DNA from: Hadesarchaea archaeon
Lineage (GTDB): Archaea > Hadarchaeota > Hadarchaeia > Hadarchaeales > Hadarchaeaceae
Assembly (NCBI GenBank): GCA_030619825.1
Contig: JAUXAS010000016.1
Span: forward strand, 1 to 15,147
Reading direction: 5' to 3'
Length of the DNA: 15,147 bases
This document shows, one piece after another, positions 14,638 through 15,147 of this stretch. Made by a program: the position numbers and the translations under genes. The notes below the pieces were generated by a model. That model saw only the letters and a list, made by a program, of their open reading frames with translations, made no database searches and was not told where the DNA came from. How positions within the stretch are numbered: the first letter of the stretch is position 1; every line of letters begins with the position of its first letter.

Positions 14638-15147
14638 TTGTTTGGTTATACCGGCAAGCTCCTATGCGCCGACCTGACTGGTAGTAAAATCGAAGAAACC
14701 AAAACGCCCGAAAAGCTTGCTCGCGCTTTCCTCGGTGGGCGTGGATTTGGGGCGGCTTTGCTTTACAAGGAACTTAAACCGAATGTCAACCCGCTCTCGC
14801 CCGATAACGTCTTAATCCTCATGACCGGTCCTGCTACCGGCACCCCCTTGCCGGCGTGTCCGCGTTGGGAAGCGACTACGAAATCCCCGCTGACGAACAT
14901 GTACCTCTGCTGTTCGGTGGGTGGCTTCTTTGGCGCGGAGCTGAGGTCCGCCGGCTACGACGGCATCATCGTGCGAGGCAAGGCCGAGAGCCCAACCTGG
15001 CTAAGCATCCTAGACGGCAAAGCCGAGCTTCACGATGCAGGCGAACTCTGGGGGCTGACGACCGAGGAGACCGAGGTCGCGGTCCGAAAGGAGCTCAAGG
15101 ACAAACGCGCGCGCGTCGCCAGCATAGGGCAGGCAGGCGAAAATCTC
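14638..15147 (+). CDS. aor: Tungsten/molybdopterin aldehyde:ferredoxin oxidoreductase family protein, 5' part (runs off the window)
   Basis: Not in the ORF track. TTG at 14638 after GAGGT gives MFGYTGKLLCADLT...FLGGRGFG...PLSPDN...TGPATG...KSPLT...GGFFGAELRSAGYDGIIVRGKA...LWG...SIGQAGENL, open to the end of the window. Confidence 0.93.
   Translation, partial: MFGYTGKLLCADLTGSKIEETKTPEKLARAFLGGRGFGAALLYKELKPNVNPLSPDNVLILMTGPATGTPLPACPRWEATTKSPLTNMYLCCSVGGFFGAELRSAGYDGIIVRGKAESPTWLSILDGKAELHDAGELWGLTTEETEVAVRKELKDKRARVASIGQAGENL

Noticed and set aside
1..15147. CRISPR arrays, IS elements, rRNA, or an anti-phage ubiquitin-like (Bil/CBASS-type) system
   Set aside because: No regular repeats, transposases or rRNA-like segments were seen. 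The Ubl/E1/JAMM genes lack an E2 and defence context and sit among sulfur-metabolism genes.

Overview
Archaeal genomic window (TATA/BRE promoters, GGTGA-type ribosome-binding sites, SepCysS, AOR). The lineage is probably an anaerobic one such as Hadarchaeota or Bathyarchaeia, but that is a guess. Bases 1-6063 form a dense sulfur-assimilation locus. One minus-strand run encodes L-aspartate-semialdehyde sulfurtransferase (COG1900+CBS), its NIL-ferredoxin partner, a UPF0280/ApbE-like (MA1715-type) protein, a free MoaD/SAMP ubiquitin-like protein, tRNA-Cys(GCA), a second paralogous Ubl fused in frame through its Gly-Gly to a ThiF/MoeB E1 enzyme, and Sep-tRNA:Cys-tRNA synthase (SepCysS). A JAMM/MPN+ metalloprotease converges tail-to-tail with SepCysS. 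The main hypothesis is a ubiquitin-like thiocarboxylate sulfur relay that feeds tRNA-dependent cysteine synthesis and/or homocysteine synthesis. The rest of the window is a copper/thiol-redox region: CopA, a CxxC hypothetical protein that may be 5'-truncated, glutaredoxin, a GDCCVxC-type Cys-rich protein, two thioredoxin reductases flanking a lower-GC glucose dehydrogenase-like SDR + GH15 cassette, thioredoxin, and the 5' part of an aldehyde:ferredoxin oxidoreductase. All assignments come from motif recognition by eye; no database searches were run.
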